Assembly (NCBI GenBank): GCA_041641295.1
Contig: JBEPYO010000001.1
Span: 78,678-142,677 of the forward strand
Direction: 5' to 3'
DNA: 64,000 bases
Source of the DNA: Nitrososphaerota archaeon
GTDB lineage: Archaea > Thermoproteota > Nitrososphaeria_A > Caldarchaeales > Calditenuaceae
Shown here: piece after piece, positions 19,331-29,822 of the stretch
How the letters are laid out: the number at the start of each line of letters is the position of its first letter
Numbering within the stretch: the stretch's first letter is position 1
Notes under the pieces: generated by a model
What the model saw: only the letters and a program-made list of their open reading frames with translations
Database searches by the model: none
Told to the model about the DNA's origin: nothing
Position numbers and translations under genes: made by a program

Positions 19331-20368
19331 TCATATTTTAGTGGCTGTCCTTCCCTTACGGTAGGACTCAACAATCCTCAGCCAATCCTTTAACCTGATT
19401 TCCATTCCGAACCTGTCCTCCCGTAGCTTCATGTATATGTAGGGGGTCATGAGTAGCCTAAAGTCTCTGAGGTAGTTGAAGCTTGAGTTGTGGACCTTCT
19501 TGATGAACTGGAATATCGTGTAGAAGACTGAAAAGCTCTTAAGGACCTTTTGTGGGTATTGCTCAATCCTCCCGTCTACACTCTGTGAAAGCAGCTCGGC
19601 ACACTGCATACCCGGAATTATCCCCTCTCCAATAACGGGGTGGACAGTACCTATACTCTCCCCAAGCCCAACCACGCCATTGCTGATAATGGGTGCGCAG
19701 AGGTGGGGTGGGGCGATCCTCACAGGACGCCCCACAACATCAATGACCTCGCCGGGGTTTTTTCTGATGAACTCGTCTAGAGCCTCTTTATGCCTATTGA
19801 AGTAGTCGCCAACTCCCACGTGGGCTAGGTTGTTGGATAGGGGAAAGTACCAGAGATATCCGCCTAGGTGGGTTAGTGGCATCAGGTAGAAGTCATCGAT
19901 GGGTGGGCTATCATACTTCACAAGATACTCCACAGTCGGGATGTAGTAGTCGCGGGCTATTCTTGGTAGGAGGGCCCTGTGGAACCCCGTGGCGTCCACT
20001 ATCAAGTCAAAGCCTGTTATCTTTACTTTTTTCACGTCAATGCTATAATATACTTTCAGTCTGCTGTGCATGTCTAGTATGAACTGCTTCTTGTTAAATG
20101 TGCAGAGCCCTTTAAGCTTGATGGAGAATTCACTCTCATCGGGTAGCTTAACGATCATCTCTTTCCCCTCATGGAGAATGTATTCGTCGAAATTCAGGCC
20201 TATACGTCCGGCTAGGCGCCTCATCTCATGTTTACTCGTCCCCCAGGCACATATTGCCCTGAAGTTTTCGGCTTTCTGCCGCTCAAAAACCACGACTTCG
20301 TGGTCACCCTTGATGAGGTTTGCGAAGTAGCTTCCAGCCACTCCCCCGCCCGCGACCGCGACCCTCAC
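19331..20368 (-). CDS. FAD-dependent oxidoreductase, geranylgeranyl reductase family
   Basis: N-terminal 'MRVAVAGGGVAGSYFA' FAD-binding GxGxxG motif and the C-terminal 'GEGIIPGM' family motif. 345 aa. Confidence 0.55.
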   Translation of the reverse strand: MRVAVAGGGVAGSYFANLIKGDHEVVVFERQKAENFRAICAWGTSKHEMRRLAGRIGLNFDEYILHEGKEMIVKLPDESEFSIKLKGLCTFNKKQFILDMHSRLKVYYSIDVKKVKITGFDLIVDATGFHRALLPRIARDYYIPTVEYLVKYDSPPIDDFYLMPLTHLGGYLWYFPLSNNLAHVGVGDYFNRHKEALDEFIRKNPGEVIDVVGRPVRIAPPHLCAPIISNGVVGLGESIGTVHPVIGEGIIPGMQCAELLSQSVDGRIEQYPQKVLKSFSVFYTIFQFIKKVHNSSFNYLRDFRLLMTPYIYMKLREDRFGMEIRLKDWLRIVESYRKGRTATKI

Positions 20369-20422
20369 ACTACATACACCGGGGCCGTCATTTTTTAAGC
20401 ATCACCAGCTACACGGGACGTT

Positions 20423-21124
20423 TCAGCCCTCAACGACTGTACCGGCATAACCCTCAAGTATAGCCCGCCGTATATTTCGCACATCCCGTCCATCGATTAT
20501 GGATAGTTTGATCCTGCTCCGCTCTAGGATTGATAGGCCAACATTATCTATAAGCCTGTACTCGCCCGCTAGCTGCGGGCTCCCGGCCATTATTTTTCTA
20601 AGCTCCGCGTAGCTTAGCCGCGGTAGTATCCGGGCGTCACTGTGTATCTTGGGGTCTTTGTTGTAGATACCCTCAACGTTTGAGGCGACGATTAGTCTCT
20701 CCGCCCTTATCGTCTCTGCGCAATAGGTTGCTACCGCGAAGGTGGATTGCCCGGGCCAGAACCCGCCGGCAACAGCTATGCCTTTTCCAACTAGGGCGGC
20801 TCTGAGGTCATCTACGTTCTTGACGACTAGTGGGTATGCTTTTTCCCCCAGGGCTTGGATAAAGAGGGCTGCGTGTATCCTCGTGACCTCTGTGGCGATT
20901 TCGTCGCACCTCGTCTCATCGGCCCCTAGTCTTTTGGCCGCTTCTATGAAGGCCCGCGCCCCAACCCCTCCTCCAACCACGACAACCCATTTATCATTCT
21001 CAGAATGGGCCTCCCTCAAAATGTCTGCCGCCTGTTTTATCCACTCCACAGAGACCCCATCTTTTGTCGAGAAGAGATGCCCGCCAATCTTTATTACCAG
21101 CCGCAAATCGTGGAAAAATATCAC
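20423..21124 (-). CDS. pyrH: Uridylate (UMP) kinase, archaeal type
   Basis: Amino-acid-kinase fold with 'KIGGHLF' and 'VVVVGGGVGARAFIEAAKRLGADETRCDEIATEVTRIHAALFI'. 233 aa. Confidence 0.65.
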   Translation of the reverse strand: MIFFHDLRLVIKIGGHLFSTKDGVSVEWIKQAADILREAHSENDKWVVVVGGGVGARAFIEAAKRLGADETRCDEIATEVTRIHAALFIQALGEKAYPLVVKNVDDLRAALVGKGIAVAGGFWPGQSTFAVATYCAETIRAERLIVASNVEGIYNKDPKIHSDARILPRLSYAELRKIMAGSPQLAGEYRLIDNVGLSILERSRIKLSIIDGRDVRNIRRAILEGYAGTVVEG

Positions 21125-21198
21125 CCATCCCCTAATTAAAATATCCCCTGATAATGTCGGCGCAGGTTGACTAATAGTTAAATTCAGCCCAGTGGAAT

Positions 21199-22470
21199 AT
21201 GGGTGTCGGGACTGAGAATGGAATAGCCAAATGGGGAAGTGTGGATCGATACAAGTTCAGGCGTTTCGTGGAGTTTTTAGAGTCTCGGCAGGGTCGCGGA
21301 ACTGAGCTGGTAACGCTCTACATACCGCCTGGGAAGAGGATTGACGAGGTTATAGGGTATTTGAGGCAGGAGCTCTCGACCGCCTCTAACATAAAGTCCA
21401 AAGGGACTAGGAAGGCGGTAATGGATGCGATAGAGAGTGCCATCCAGCGGCTCAAGCTCTTTAACGACAGCGGCCCTAATGGCCTAATCATATTCAGTGG
21501 AGCTATACCTCAGAACGGAGAGGGTACGGAGAAGATCGAGGTATACCACCTCCACCCACCACAGCCAATCAACTTCTTCCTCTACCGCTGCGACTCGAAA
21601 TTCTACCTCGACCCACTGAAGGACCTGCTAAAAGAGAAGGAGACTTACGGTATAATCGCTATGGATAATGAGGATGCGGCGATAGCAGTTCTCCGCGGAA
21701 AGATGATTATTGAACTTAGAACATATACCAGTGGCATTCCAGGCAAACATAGAGCGGGCGGCCAGTCTTCTAGGAGATTTGAGCGGCTAAGGGAGCAGGC
21801 GCTCCAAGACTACTATTCACGGCTCGCAGAACACGCAAACGAGATATTTCTCAACTATCCTGACCTCAAGGCGATAATCATAGCTGGCCCTGGCCCAACT
21901 AAGGAGGTATTTGCGAAGGAGGGAAAACTCCACTACACCCTGCGCGACAAAATACACGTGATTGACACATCGTATGCTGGTGAAGAGGGTGTGAGGGAGG
22001 CAATCGATAGGGCAGCCGATATACTATCCAACCTCAGACTGGTGAAAGAGAGGAGACTGGTTGAGGACTTGATGAGAAGGGTCGCAACACAGAACACCGT
22101 GATCTACGGCCTAGATTCGGTCAGACAGGCCTTGCAAGGGAGGCAGCTCGAACTCCTCCTCATTAGCGAAGAACTGGACCTCTTCGAAGTCACTTATAGC
22201 TGCTCAAACTGCGGCTACACTGTTACCGAGACCCTCAGTGAGGGTGACCTCGTCTCCTTGCTTCCGGAAAAGCTCTCTCAAAAATGTCCAAAGTGCGGGG
22301 TCCAAGGCTTCAAGCTGAACAGCCAAGAGAAGCTCGTTGACATACTCATAAAGCAGGCCGAGGAGGCAAACACGAAGATAGAGCTAATCTCAGCATCCCA
22401 CGAGTCTGGAGAAATGTTTCTGAAGACGTTTGGAGGAGTGGCGGGGCTGTTGAAGGGCTCTAGCAGGTAA
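21199..22470 (+). CDS. prf1: Peptide chain release factor aRF1
   Basis: 'NIKS' stop-codon-recognition motif ('TASNIKSKGTRK') and 'GGQ' ('GKHRAGGQSSRRFER'). The C-terminal domain carries a CxxC...CxxC zinc ribbon. Confidence 0.9.
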   Translation: MGVGTENGIAKWGSVDRYKFRRFVEFLESRQGRGTELVTLYIPPGKRIDEVIGYLRQELSTASNIKSKGTRKAVMDAIESAIQRLKLFNDSGPNGLIIFSGAIPQNGEGTEKIEVYHLHPPQPINFFLYRCDSKFYLDPLKDLLKEKETYGIIAMDNEDAAIAVLRGKMIIELRTYTSGIPGKHRAGGQSSRRFERLREQALQDYYSRLAEHANEIFLNYPDLKAIIIAGPGPTKEVFAKEGKLHYTLRDKIHVIDTSYAGEEGVREAIDRAADILSNLRLVKERRLVEDLMRRVATQNTVIYGLDSVRQALQGRQLELLLISEELDLFEVTYSCSNCGYTVTETLSEGDLVSLLPEKLSQKCPKCGVQGFKLNSQEKLVDILIKQAEEANTKIELISASHESGEMFLKTFGGVAGLLKGSSR

Positions 22471-22517
22471 AACTAGCGCTAAATTTTAAAAAGAGCCAAT
22501 CACTTTGAGGAGGAGGT

Positions 22518-23435
22518 TTGAAACACTTTCTCCAAGTATTTGACGCCTCTAGGAGCGAGCTCCTGAATATTATAGAGCTTGCCCTGAGGTTTAGGCGGGA
22601 TGGTTATACCGGACATCCCTTGCGTGGCAAGGTTATCGCCATGCTCTTCGAAAAACCCTCTACGCGGACTAGAGTCTCGTTTAGCTCCGCCGTCTTAAGG
22701 CTTGGAGGCGAGGTAATCTATCTCCCAGCCTCTGAACTCCAGCTAGCGCGGGGTGAGCCATTAAAAGACACTGCCCGGGTTCTAAACAGATACGTTGATG
22801 CGATAGTCGCGCGGCTTTCATCTCACTCCTCGCTGGAGGAGATTGCAAAGTACTCGGAGAAGCCTGTGATAAACGCTCTCACCAATCTACACCACCCGTG
22901 CCAAGCCTTAGCGGATGTTGCTACGATGTATGAGGAAGCGGGGGGATGGGGGTTCAAGGTTTCATACATTGGAGACTGTGGGAATGTCTGCAGGTCCTTG
23001 GTGCAGATATGCGCATCGCTGGGTATATCAATCTCCGTTGCCTCCCCTCGCAAATATTGGTTCCCATCAGACGAGATTCAGCTGTATAAGGAGGTTGCAT
23101 CGTCGGCAGGCAGCGCGGTAGAGTTTACCGAAGACCCTGAGGAAGCTGTGGCGGGCTCCGACTTCATCTACACGGACGTCTTCGTATCAATGGGAATGGA
23201 GAGCGAGTATGAGGCTAGGCTCCGAGACTTCCTCCCCCGCTACCGCGTGAGCATGAGGCTCTTCGAGAAGGCGAAGCCTGGCGCCAAGTTTATGCACTGT
23301 ATGCCTATCAGGCGGGGAGAGGAGGTGGAGGAGGATGTCGTCGAGTCGAGCCGCTCTATAATATTCCTACAGGCCGAGTATAGGATGCATACGTCTGCCG
23401 CTCTTCTCTTCTCCCTACTGGGAGAGCCTAGCTAG
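22518..23435 (+). CDS. argF: Ornithine carbamoyltransferase-like transcarbamylase
   Basis: Carbamoyl-phosphate site 'STRTRVSF', then 'HHPCQALAD' and 'HCMPIRRGEEV' (OTC-type HCxP rather than the ATCase HPLP). 305 aa. Confidence 0.6.
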   Translation: MKHFLQVFDASRSELLNIIELALRFRRDGYTGHPLRGKVIAMLFEKPSTRTRVSFSSAVLRLGGEVIYLPASELQLARGEPLKDTARVLNRYVDAIVARLSSHSSLEEIAKYSEKPVINALTNLHHPCQALADVATMYEEAGGWGFKVSYIGDCGNVCRSLVQICASLGISISVASPRKYWFPSDEIQLYKEVASSAGSAVEFTEDPEEAVAGSDFIYTDVFVSMGMESEYEARLRDFLPRYRVSMRLFEKAKPGAKFMHCMPIRRGEEVEEDVVESSRSIIFLQAEYRMHTSAALLFSLLGEPS

Positions 23436-23949
23436 CGGTTTGGGGCTCCTGCACACTCTTTTCCAGCCGCTCGATTATAATGTTGTAAGACTTGGGCAGC
23501 TTAGAGGCGGCAACTTTTATTGCCTGCTTAGCCAATTCAATATCCCTCCCATAGACATATAGTTCGAGAACATCCTCGCCTGCCTCTACCTGGGCAGCCC
23601 TGCCCACAGGCCGTCCAAAAGCCCTGCTCATCCCCTCTTGGAGCCTATCTGCATGGGCTCCGAAAATCATTTTGTTCTCCCTAAGCACGTGGTGCGGGTG
23701 GGCTTTTACAGTCAGGTAAAAGTTTGTGCCTATTTTCTGAGAGAGCATCTTCCCCGCTGCGACTCTAGCCGCCTCAAGCGCCACATCTCTTATCTGAACA
23801 GACTCCTTAGCCACCAGTCTCAACCTATATTCGTAGTCTCCTTGCCATGCCCCGTAGTCGTATTTAGCTAGCCTAGCTTGCGGGGCGCCGTGAATATAGT
23901 CCACTCTAGTGAATGGCCTCTCTAATGACCGGTAGTTCTTCGCCTTCAA
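23428..23949 (-). CDS. rpl10e: 50S ribosomal protein L10e (uL16)
   Basis: 'MKAKNYRSLERPFTR...VKAHPHHVLRENKM', 173 aa. Confidence 0.85.
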   Translation of the reverse strand: MKAKNYRSLERPFTRVDYIHGAPQARLAKYDYGAWQGDYEYRLRLVAKESVQIRDVALEAARVAAGKMLSQKIGTNFYLTVKAHPHHVLRENKMIFGAHADRLQEGMSRAFGRPVGRAAQVEAGEDVLELYVYGRDIELAKQAIKVAASKLPKSYNIIIERLEKSVQEPQTAS

Positions 23950-24104
23950 TTCTAAGTATCTTGTCGGGGTGGCATGCTAAAAACCTATTTTCGAGAGAGT
24001 TCTCACGATATGCTAGGCGTGGAGGGGAAGTGGATAGCCAAGAGAGAGTTGTTAGCGCCGAGGATATAGAGGCTGTGAAGGTTAGGATTGCGGGCGAGAT
24101 TGCC

Positions 24105-24761
24105 ATGTCCAAGTCTCCTGGAGTGGCCATGAAGAAGTGGCGGCAATTGTTTGGCGAGAAGCAGCGTGAAGTTGCAGCCCGTATGGGCGTCTCCCCCTCA
24201 GTCCTTAGCGACTACGAGCAGGGCAAGAGGTCTCCTGGTATTAAGTTCGTGAGCAGGTATGTCGAGAGTTTGATAGCTTTAGACCTTGAGAAAGGAGGGG
24301 CGAATATCAGGCATTTCTCAGACCCCTCGCGCTCACGCCACAGGGCTATCTTGGATTTGCGAGAATTCTCCACCCCAGTAACCCTTGACAAGATAGTTGA
24401 TGCTATGGAGGGGGAGTATCTGTGGAGGAGTAGGGGGCGTGAGCCGGAGGTCTACGGATACACGGTTGTTGACAGCATAGCAGCGATAAGATACATGGAC
24501 TCTACCGAGTTCATCCAGATCTTCGGATTAACCTCGATGAGAGTCCTAGTCTTCACGAATGTCTCTACAGGAAGATCACCGCTAGTGGCTGTCAGGGTCT
24601 ATCCCCTGAAACCCGTTGCAGTTGCATTACATGGCCCGCCCTCACCCGAACAGGTTGATAAACTAGCCGTGGAGCTCGCGGAGCTTTCTAGGGTCCCACT
24701 AATACTGAGTAGGTCTAAGTCTGTGAAAGACATGATTGAGGCCTTGAGGAGGCTGGGGTGA
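24105..24761 (+). CDS. XRE-family (cro/C1-type) HTH transcriptional regulator with a C-terminal domain of unknown function. The ORF is open from 23913 but overlaps the rpl10e start, so the start is taken at the internal Met.
   Basis: HTH segment 'QREVAARMGVSPSVLSDYEQGKRSPGIKFVSRY'. Confidence 0.5.
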   Translation: MSKSPGVAMKKWRQLFGEKQREVAARMGVSPSVLSDYEQGKRSPGIKFVSRYVESLIALDLEKGGANIRHFSDPSRSRHRAILDLREFSTPVTLDKIVDAMEGEYLWRSRGREPEVYGYTVVDSIAAIRYMDSTEFIQIFGLTSMRVLVFTNVSTGRSPLVAVRVYPLKPVAVALHGPPSPEQVDKLAVELAELSRVPLILSRSKSVKDMIEALRRLG

Positions 24762-24764
24762 GGA

Positions 24765-25493
24765 TTGAAGATATTGGTGGGGTGTTGTGGATTTACAAAG
24801 TCCATGACCGCATACATGAAGGAGTACAGGCTTGTCGAGCTCCAGACAACTTTTTACAGAGTCGTGAAACTCGAGACAGCCCGAAAGTGGCGAAACCAAG
24901 CCCCCGAAGACTTCCTCTTCACCGTTAAGGCGTTTCAAGGCATAACTCACCCACCCTCAAGCCCAACTTGGCGTCGATCAAATATCAAGCCAACAAAAAA
25001 TCACGGCAGCCTGCAACCCACCAAAGAAGTCTACGAGTCTTGGAAGATTACGAAGACCATTTGCGACGAGTTGAGGTCGCCCTTCTGCCTTATTCAGACC
25101 CCTAGCTCGTTCAGGGATACTCCAGAGAATGTGCGGAATGCCGAGACTTTCTTCTCGAATGTGGAGCGAGGGGCGTTTGACATCGGGTTTGAGGCTAGGG
25201 GATGGTCGCTAGACGCAATAGCTAAGATATGTAAAAAGGCTAGACTCGTCCATGTGACTGATCCATTCCTCCAAGACCCGGTTACCCTAGGTAAACATAG
25301 GACAGTGTATCTGAGGCTTCACGGTAGCCCGCCTGGGAAATCCATGTACAACTACTCTTATACCGACGACGACTTGGCAGCTCTATACAGGAAGATTAAG
25401 GGGTATGATGGCGATGTGATCTATGTGTTATTTAACAACGTTAGCATGGAGAGGGACTCTAAACGCTTCATGAAACTTGTCCTCAGCTCTTAA
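24765..25493 (+). CDS. DUF72 (YecE-like) family protein
   Basis: N-terminal 'ILVGCCGFT...YRLVELQTTFYRVVKLETARKWRNQAPEDFLFTVKAFQGITH' matches the DUF72 consensus (GTSGW...ElNsTFY...W...P..F.F.vKa...iTH). 242 aa. Confidence 0.65.
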   Translation: MKILVGCCGFTKSMTAYMKEYRLVELQTTFYRVVKLETARKWRNQAPEDFLFTVKAFQGITHPPSSPTWRRSNIKPTKNHGSLQPTKEVYESWKITKTICDELRSPFCLIQTPSSFRDTPENVRNAETFFSNVERGAFDIGFEARGWSLDAIAKICKKARLVHVTDPFLQDPVTLGKHRTVYLRLHGSPPGKSMYNYSYTDDDLAALYRKIKGYDGDVIYVLFNNVSMERDSKRFMKLVLSS

Positions 25494-26262
25494 GCTCCTC
25501 AGAGTGCTCCCAGAGCATGTTGAAGTAGAGCTGTGCAATGGCTGTCAGGGAGAGGTGCGCTGAGTAAATCGCTACTTGGGGACGGTTCTCTCCACTCGCT
25601 AGGAGCAGCAGCACAGCCTCCGACACATCGTTAATCACCCCACCCGCGAATGAGATCTCCCTCACTCTAACCTCCGCCAACGAGGACAGCGTCTTCACAA
25701 CCTTCCCCACCGCCTGAGGCCCCACCAGCACTCTCACCACCCCTCGCCTCTCCTTTATCAGTGAGGCGGTAGAGATCAAGAGCTGCTGTATTTCTGGAGG
25801 GATTATGGGTAGGACAATTGAGAGCTGCTTGTTGGCCCGTCCCATAACATCTTTTACGCTCCTCCAGAGTGAGGCCTCTCCCCTGATTATCCATAGGTCG
25901 GGACGCTCAGGTCCCGTTCCCTCATATATTTGGGTCAGGGCTGAGACGAATACCTCTAGGTCTGACTTGAGATCATTCTCAATTGACGCCCTGATAGCCT
26001 CGGAGGCGACCTGTGGATGCTCAGGAATATATCTCATGGGGCGCCCTCTCTCAACCTTTACAAGGCCCTTCCGCTCGAGAGACTTGAGGGTCTCGTATAT
26101 CTTTGAGATAGGGATTTGGGCTGCGGCACTAATCTCGCTTGCAGACCCGCTACGCCGCTTGAGAAGTGCGATATACGCCTTGACCTCGTACTCGGAAAGC
26201 CCCAGCCTTTTTATGGCAGCCCATGTCTTCTCGTCGAGCGCCACGAAGGACCTATCGCTCAA
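25483..26262 (-). CDS. TrmB-family transcriptional regulator
   Basis: N-terminal winged HTH 'LGLSEYEVKAYIALLKRRSGSASEISAAAQIPISKIYETLKSLERKGLV'. 259 aa. Confidence 0.65.
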   Translation of the reverse strand: MSDRSFVALDEKTWAAIKRLGLSEYEVKAYIALLKRRSGSASEISAAAQIPISKIYETLKSLERKGLVKVERGRPMRYIPEHPQVASEAIRASIENDLKSDLEVFVSALTQIYEGTGPERPDLWIIRGEASLWRSVKDVMGRANKQLSIVLPIIPPEIQQLLISTASLIKERRGVVRVLVGPQAVGKVVKTLSSLAEVRVREISFAGGVINDVSEAVLLLLASGENRPQVAIYSAHLSLTAIAQLYFNMLWEHSEELKS

Positions 26263-26367
26263 CCTTTAAAGAGCCTGTGCAATTGGGCTATTAAGGATGT
26301 TGTAGGCCCCACACTATGTAGATGAAGCGTGTTTAGAGATCTTTTTAAAACCTTTAACGGCGGGGAA

Positions 26368-27207
26368 CTAAACTAGTATGCTCCAGCCATCACCAAGCAT
26401 CGATACGACCTCCTCAAACATGGCCTGATTCCTCCAGATGATGATTCCGTAACGCGACTGGCTATCCAGCCTCTCGTCGAGTAGAGGTTTGGGGCATGAG
26501 GCGCTCCTACAGCCCATACCCATGGCAAAATACAGCGCAGGCATAATGTCCATCATCCTCAGCTCCGGTGTCAGACACAGGTATCCATCGACGCGCCCCA
26601 CCGATGCGTAGCACATTTCAAGAAGCGCCGAGCCCATCACCCTAAAGAATCGAAGCCGCTCAGCTATCCTGATCGATAATTCTTGCGACCTCACATTCCT
26701 CTTAAAAGATGCGTGGTGAAAGAAAACAGCAGCCCTGCCTTTATCCCCTTGAGCAGCCTTTGAAAGGTCTGAGGATTCCCTGTGAGACACGTACTCCTCT
26801 TCCCTTATGAAGATCTCTCCGGTGGCATGGTCTATCACCCCTGATGAGACAACATCCCTCGCAAAGGGCCCCCGCGCTATTGCAATCCCAGAGGAGTAAA
26901 AGCTGATACCTCTCGACATGTTTGCGCTACCATCAACGGGGTCAATGAGGGCCCAGTACTCAGGCTCGCCTACCCCCTCCCAAGAGAGGCCCATCTCCTC
27001 CGAGACAATGGCTACACTGCCTAGACGAGACTTTAACACCTCGACAATCGCCCTCTCGCATACCAAGTCACCCCTATAGGAGATGTCGCCATAGTATCCC
27101 CGCCCCATCGGCTCACCTACGACCCCTCTGCCAACCGTGTCCAGCAGCGCATCCCTCGCAGCCCGCAGCGCCTCGCTTACGACACCCCTCAGCAAACCCC
27201 CCAGCAA
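26368..27207 (-). CDS. Inositol monophosphatase / fructose-1,6-bisphosphatase (IMPase/FBPase) family protein
   Basis: Metal-binding motif 'WALIDPVDGSANMSRGISFYSSGIAIA' (DPxDGT type). 279 aa. Confidence 0.7.
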   Translation of the reverse strand: MLGGLLRGVVSEALRAARDALLDTVGRGVVGEPMGRGYYGDISYRGDLVCERAIVEVLKSRLGSVAIVSEEMGLSWEGVGEPEYWALIDPVDGSANMSRGISFYSSGIAIARGPFARDVVSSGVIDHATGEIFIREEEYVSHRESSDLSKAAQGDKGRAAVFFHHASFKRNVRSQELSIRIAERLRFFRVMGSALLEMCYASVGRVDGYLCLTPELRMMDIMPALYFAMGMGCRSASCPKPLLDERLDSQSRYGIIIWRNQAMFEEVVSMLGDGWSILV

Positions 27208-27236
27208 CTCAACACCAGATAGCAGCTATTATACCC

Positions 27237-27512
27237 TTAACCAGTCCCTGAAAGTCTAAGAGACCTCTTACCCGCACTCACAAGCTCAGGATAACGCCTA
27301 GCCAGCTCAGACTCAACAATCCTCGCAACCTCATCGCTAATGCTAAACCTAGGGGTCACGTTCTTCAGATAGTTAAGCACAAGAGAGCTCAGCGGCGAAT
27401 AAAAAGTAATCCTCGGCTGACGCCTCGCAGCCTGCCTCGCCAAAACAAGAGCCTTCTTATCCACCACAATCCTCCTCTTCTGGGCAACCCGACCCTTCCC
27501 CACCATAGCCAC
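27237..27512 (-). CDS. Small basic hypothetical protein of 91 aa
   Basis: ORF with a Lys/Arg-rich N-terminus and no recognisable motif. The coding call rests only on ORF length and its position between genes. Confidence 0.3.
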   Translation of the reverse strand: MAMVGKGRVAQKRRIVVDKKALVLARQAARRQPRITFYSPLSSLVLNYLKNVTPRFSISDEVARIVESELARRYPELVSAGKRSLRLSGTG

Positions 27513-28048
27513 TCACCAACAAACACAGCAAACCCGGTTAAAAGGTTTACCTTACAAGATAAAACAATCACAGAAAAATTTGAGATACGATTCCATGTAC
27601 ATATTCCACCACCGATCCGTTTTGTGGCACACTTTTTGTCTCGGAGATGCGCCGAATAGACCCAGTTTTCCAGATTGAGTGGGTGGTAAATCAAAAAGTT
27701 CTGAGATGTTGGCGGTTGACCTGTATATAAAGGGGATGGGTTATCAGGTGTTTTCAATTATTTCTGAATTGTTGGGCAGGCTTTGTTGTTCTGAGAGATT
27801 GGTTGTGATTGGTGTAAGGTTTACCTTGTAAGGTTTATGTTTTAACATTCTTGCTTTTTTATGGCCAATCCTTGTGGGGGCTCTTTAGGTGTGTGGAGGT
27901 GGGAGTGAAAACCGTATTTTTTAGGTGATTAACGTATTTTTTTGATAAAAATCGGCTTCATGTGCGGGCGCCTCGGCGGGCTCAATGTCTGGCCTGATAC
28001 GTGGGTTCAACAACTTTATCAATATGTTTTACAGCGAATCCTTGAGAA

Positions 28049-28447
28049 ATGCAGGTAGAGCAAAAATCGGAAGTTGGAGTAGTAGGGAAGCACGTCTACG
28101 GTAACTTATATGACTGCGATCCAGAAGTATTGGGCGACCTTAAGCTGTTGAAGAAGCTGGTATCTGAGGCCTCCAAGATTGCCAAAATGACGCTGGTCGA
28201 GTTGAGGGGGTGGAGGTTTGGCGGTGAGAAGGGGGGAGTCTCCGTGATAGCCTTGGTGGTGGAGAGCCACCTAGCCCTCCACACGTGGCCGGGCTATAGG
28301 TATGCTACGCTGGACATATTCACATGTGGAGATAAAAGCGACCCCTTCAAGGCCTTTGATTACCTATGTGAGGCTCTTAAGCCTGGCAGTGTCTCTAAGC
28401 ACTATGCTGACCGGTCTTCAGATAGGCAGCAAGCAGCCGTTCCTTGA
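28049..28447 (+). CDS. speH: Pyruvoyl-dependent S-adenosylmethionine decarboxylase proenzyme, SpeH type. It could instead be the crenarchaeal arginine-decarboxylase paralogue of the same fold.
   Basis: '[12 protein letters not shown]' and '[24 protein letters not shown]' match the SpeH/SpeD signature including the self-cleavage region. 132 aa. Confidence 0.75.
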   Translation: MQVEQKSEVGVVGKHVYGNLYDCDPEVLGDLKLLKKLVSEASKIAKMTLVELRGWRFGGEKGGVSVIALVVESHLALHTWPGYRYATLDIFTCGDKSDPFKAFDYLCEALKPGSVSKHYADRSSDRQQAAVP

Positions 28448-28510
28448 GGAGTGTATTGCCCGTCGGATGTGGGCTTAGGGTTAATTTAGGAGCGATGTAT
28501 TGGGTTTTGC

Positions 28511-29047
28511 ATGATACTCTCCGACTTTGATCTCTGGAACTATATACGTAGTGGGAGGCTTAGGGTGGAGCCTCTCAGCGAAGACATCGTGAGAGAGAAT
28601 GGGCTCGACCTACGCATCGGCTTTGAGATTGGGAGGTTGAAGAAGACTCAGATGGTCTTAGACCCCCAAGAAAATAGCCCCGAAGACTTCTACATAATAG
28701 AGAGGGGGGACACGTTCCTGATAAACCCCCACGAGCACGTCTTGTTACACACAATCGAATATCTGTCCCTTCCCAAGGATATCATGGGGTTCGTAAACTT
28801 GAGGAGTAGCTATGCGCGTCTAGGACTGTCACTCCCACCCACAATTGTTGACGCTAATTTCGAGGGGCAGTTGACGATCGAGATGATAGGGAGCGAGTTC
28901 CCAGTAAAGCTAAGAGCCGGGGAGAGGTTCATCCACCTTGTATTCGCCAAGCTTACTTCAGAGGTGGAGAAGCCCTACAGGGGCAAGTACCAGGGTCAGC
29001 GGGGTGTAAGGCTGCCACAGTTTGACAGGCTGGCGCCTCCTAGATAG
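28511..29047 (+). CDS. dcd: dCTP deaminase
   Basis: '[22 protein letters not shown]...NGLDLRIG', dUTPase-like fold, 178 aa. Confidence 0.8.
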   Translation: MILSDFDLWNYIRSGRLRVEPLSEDIVRENGLDLRIGFEIGRLKKTQMVLDPQENSPEDFYIIERGDTFLINPHEHVLLHTIEYLSLPKDIMGFVNLRSSYARLGLSLPPTIVDANFEGQLTIEMIGSEFPVKLRAGERFIHLVFAKLTSEVEKPYRGKYQGQRGVRLPQFDRLAPPR

Positions 29048-29822
29048 TTAACTCGGTGCAGTCCCTCGCGACTACCACCTTACACCTATAACTCTGCTCC
29101 AGCGCCTGCACTATCCTATACTCCTCATGATCCCAGACAGGGTAGAGATGTGTCACAACTACGGTCTTAGGCTTCACGCGAGCCACTATTTGCGCAAGCT
29201 CCAGTTCAGATACATGCTGCCCCACCAGCCTTTCATGGGGGAACGAACACTCGTGAACAAGCACGTCCACTCCATCAGCAAGTTTAACCAAATTCTCGCT
29301 GAATTTAGTATCACCTGAAAAGACGAGTGAGGCTCCTTGGTATTCTAGCCGATAGGCTACCCCGCCATCATGGGCGACCGGCGCCGAGGTTAGGCGAATT
29401 CCTTCAAACTCGAAAACTCGCCACGGCTCAACCTCCTCTATATCAACATACGACTCATACCTCATCAGCGTCTTCAAATACGAGAAGAACTCGTTGTTGT
29501 CTATGAGGATCTCTAAGAACCTTTTAAGCCCCCTCGGCCCGAAGATTCTTAACTTCTGCGGGGATTTATTGGGGAGCCCCTCTGGGGTGAATGCGCGGAG
29601 CTTCAACAGGGGGAAGATGTCTGATACGTGGTCGATGTGGAAGTGTGTGAGAAGAACGGCCGTCAGCTTAAAGGGGGACAGTGACAAGTTCCTCATCTTC
29701 TCGAGGACTCCCGGCCCGCAATCAAGTAGGAGCCTGCTCTCTCCAGCCTCGACATAGTGTCCGGAGCCAAATCTGCTAGGGGTAGGAACTATTGAGCCTG
29801 CCCCCAATACGATGAGCTTCAA
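29040..29822 (-). CDS. Metallo-beta-lactamase-fold hydrolase, ribonuclease Z-like
   Basis: '[16 protein letters not shown]' HxHxDH motif, downstream 'HECSF' and 'VVTHLYP'. 260 aa, similar to short-form tRNase Z. Confidence 0.5.
   Translation of the reverse strand: MKLIVLGAGSIVPTPSRFGSGHYVEAGESRLLLDCGPGVLEKMRNLSLSPFKLTAVLLTHFHIDHVSDIFPLLKLRAFTPEGLPNKSPQKLRIFGPRGLKRFLEILIDNNEFFSYLKTLMRYESYVDIEEVEPWRVFEFEGIRLTSAPVAHDGGVAYRLEYQGASLVFSGDTKFSENLVKLADGVDVLVHECSFPHERLVGQHVSELELAQIVARVKPKTVVVTHLYPVWDHEEYRIVQALEQSYRCKVVVARDCTELTI

Noticed and set aside
20742-21170. 142-aa plus-strand ORF
   Set aside because: Antisense to pyrH. The Pro/Thr/Ser-rich translation is not protein-like.
23913-24104. N-terminal 64 codons of the maximal ORF for the XRE-family regulator
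   Set aside because: They overlap the 5' end of the convergently oriented rpl10e coding sequence. The first HTH-compatible Met is at 24105.
25805-26269. 154-aa plus-strand ORF
   Set aside because: Antisense to the TrmB-like regulator gene.
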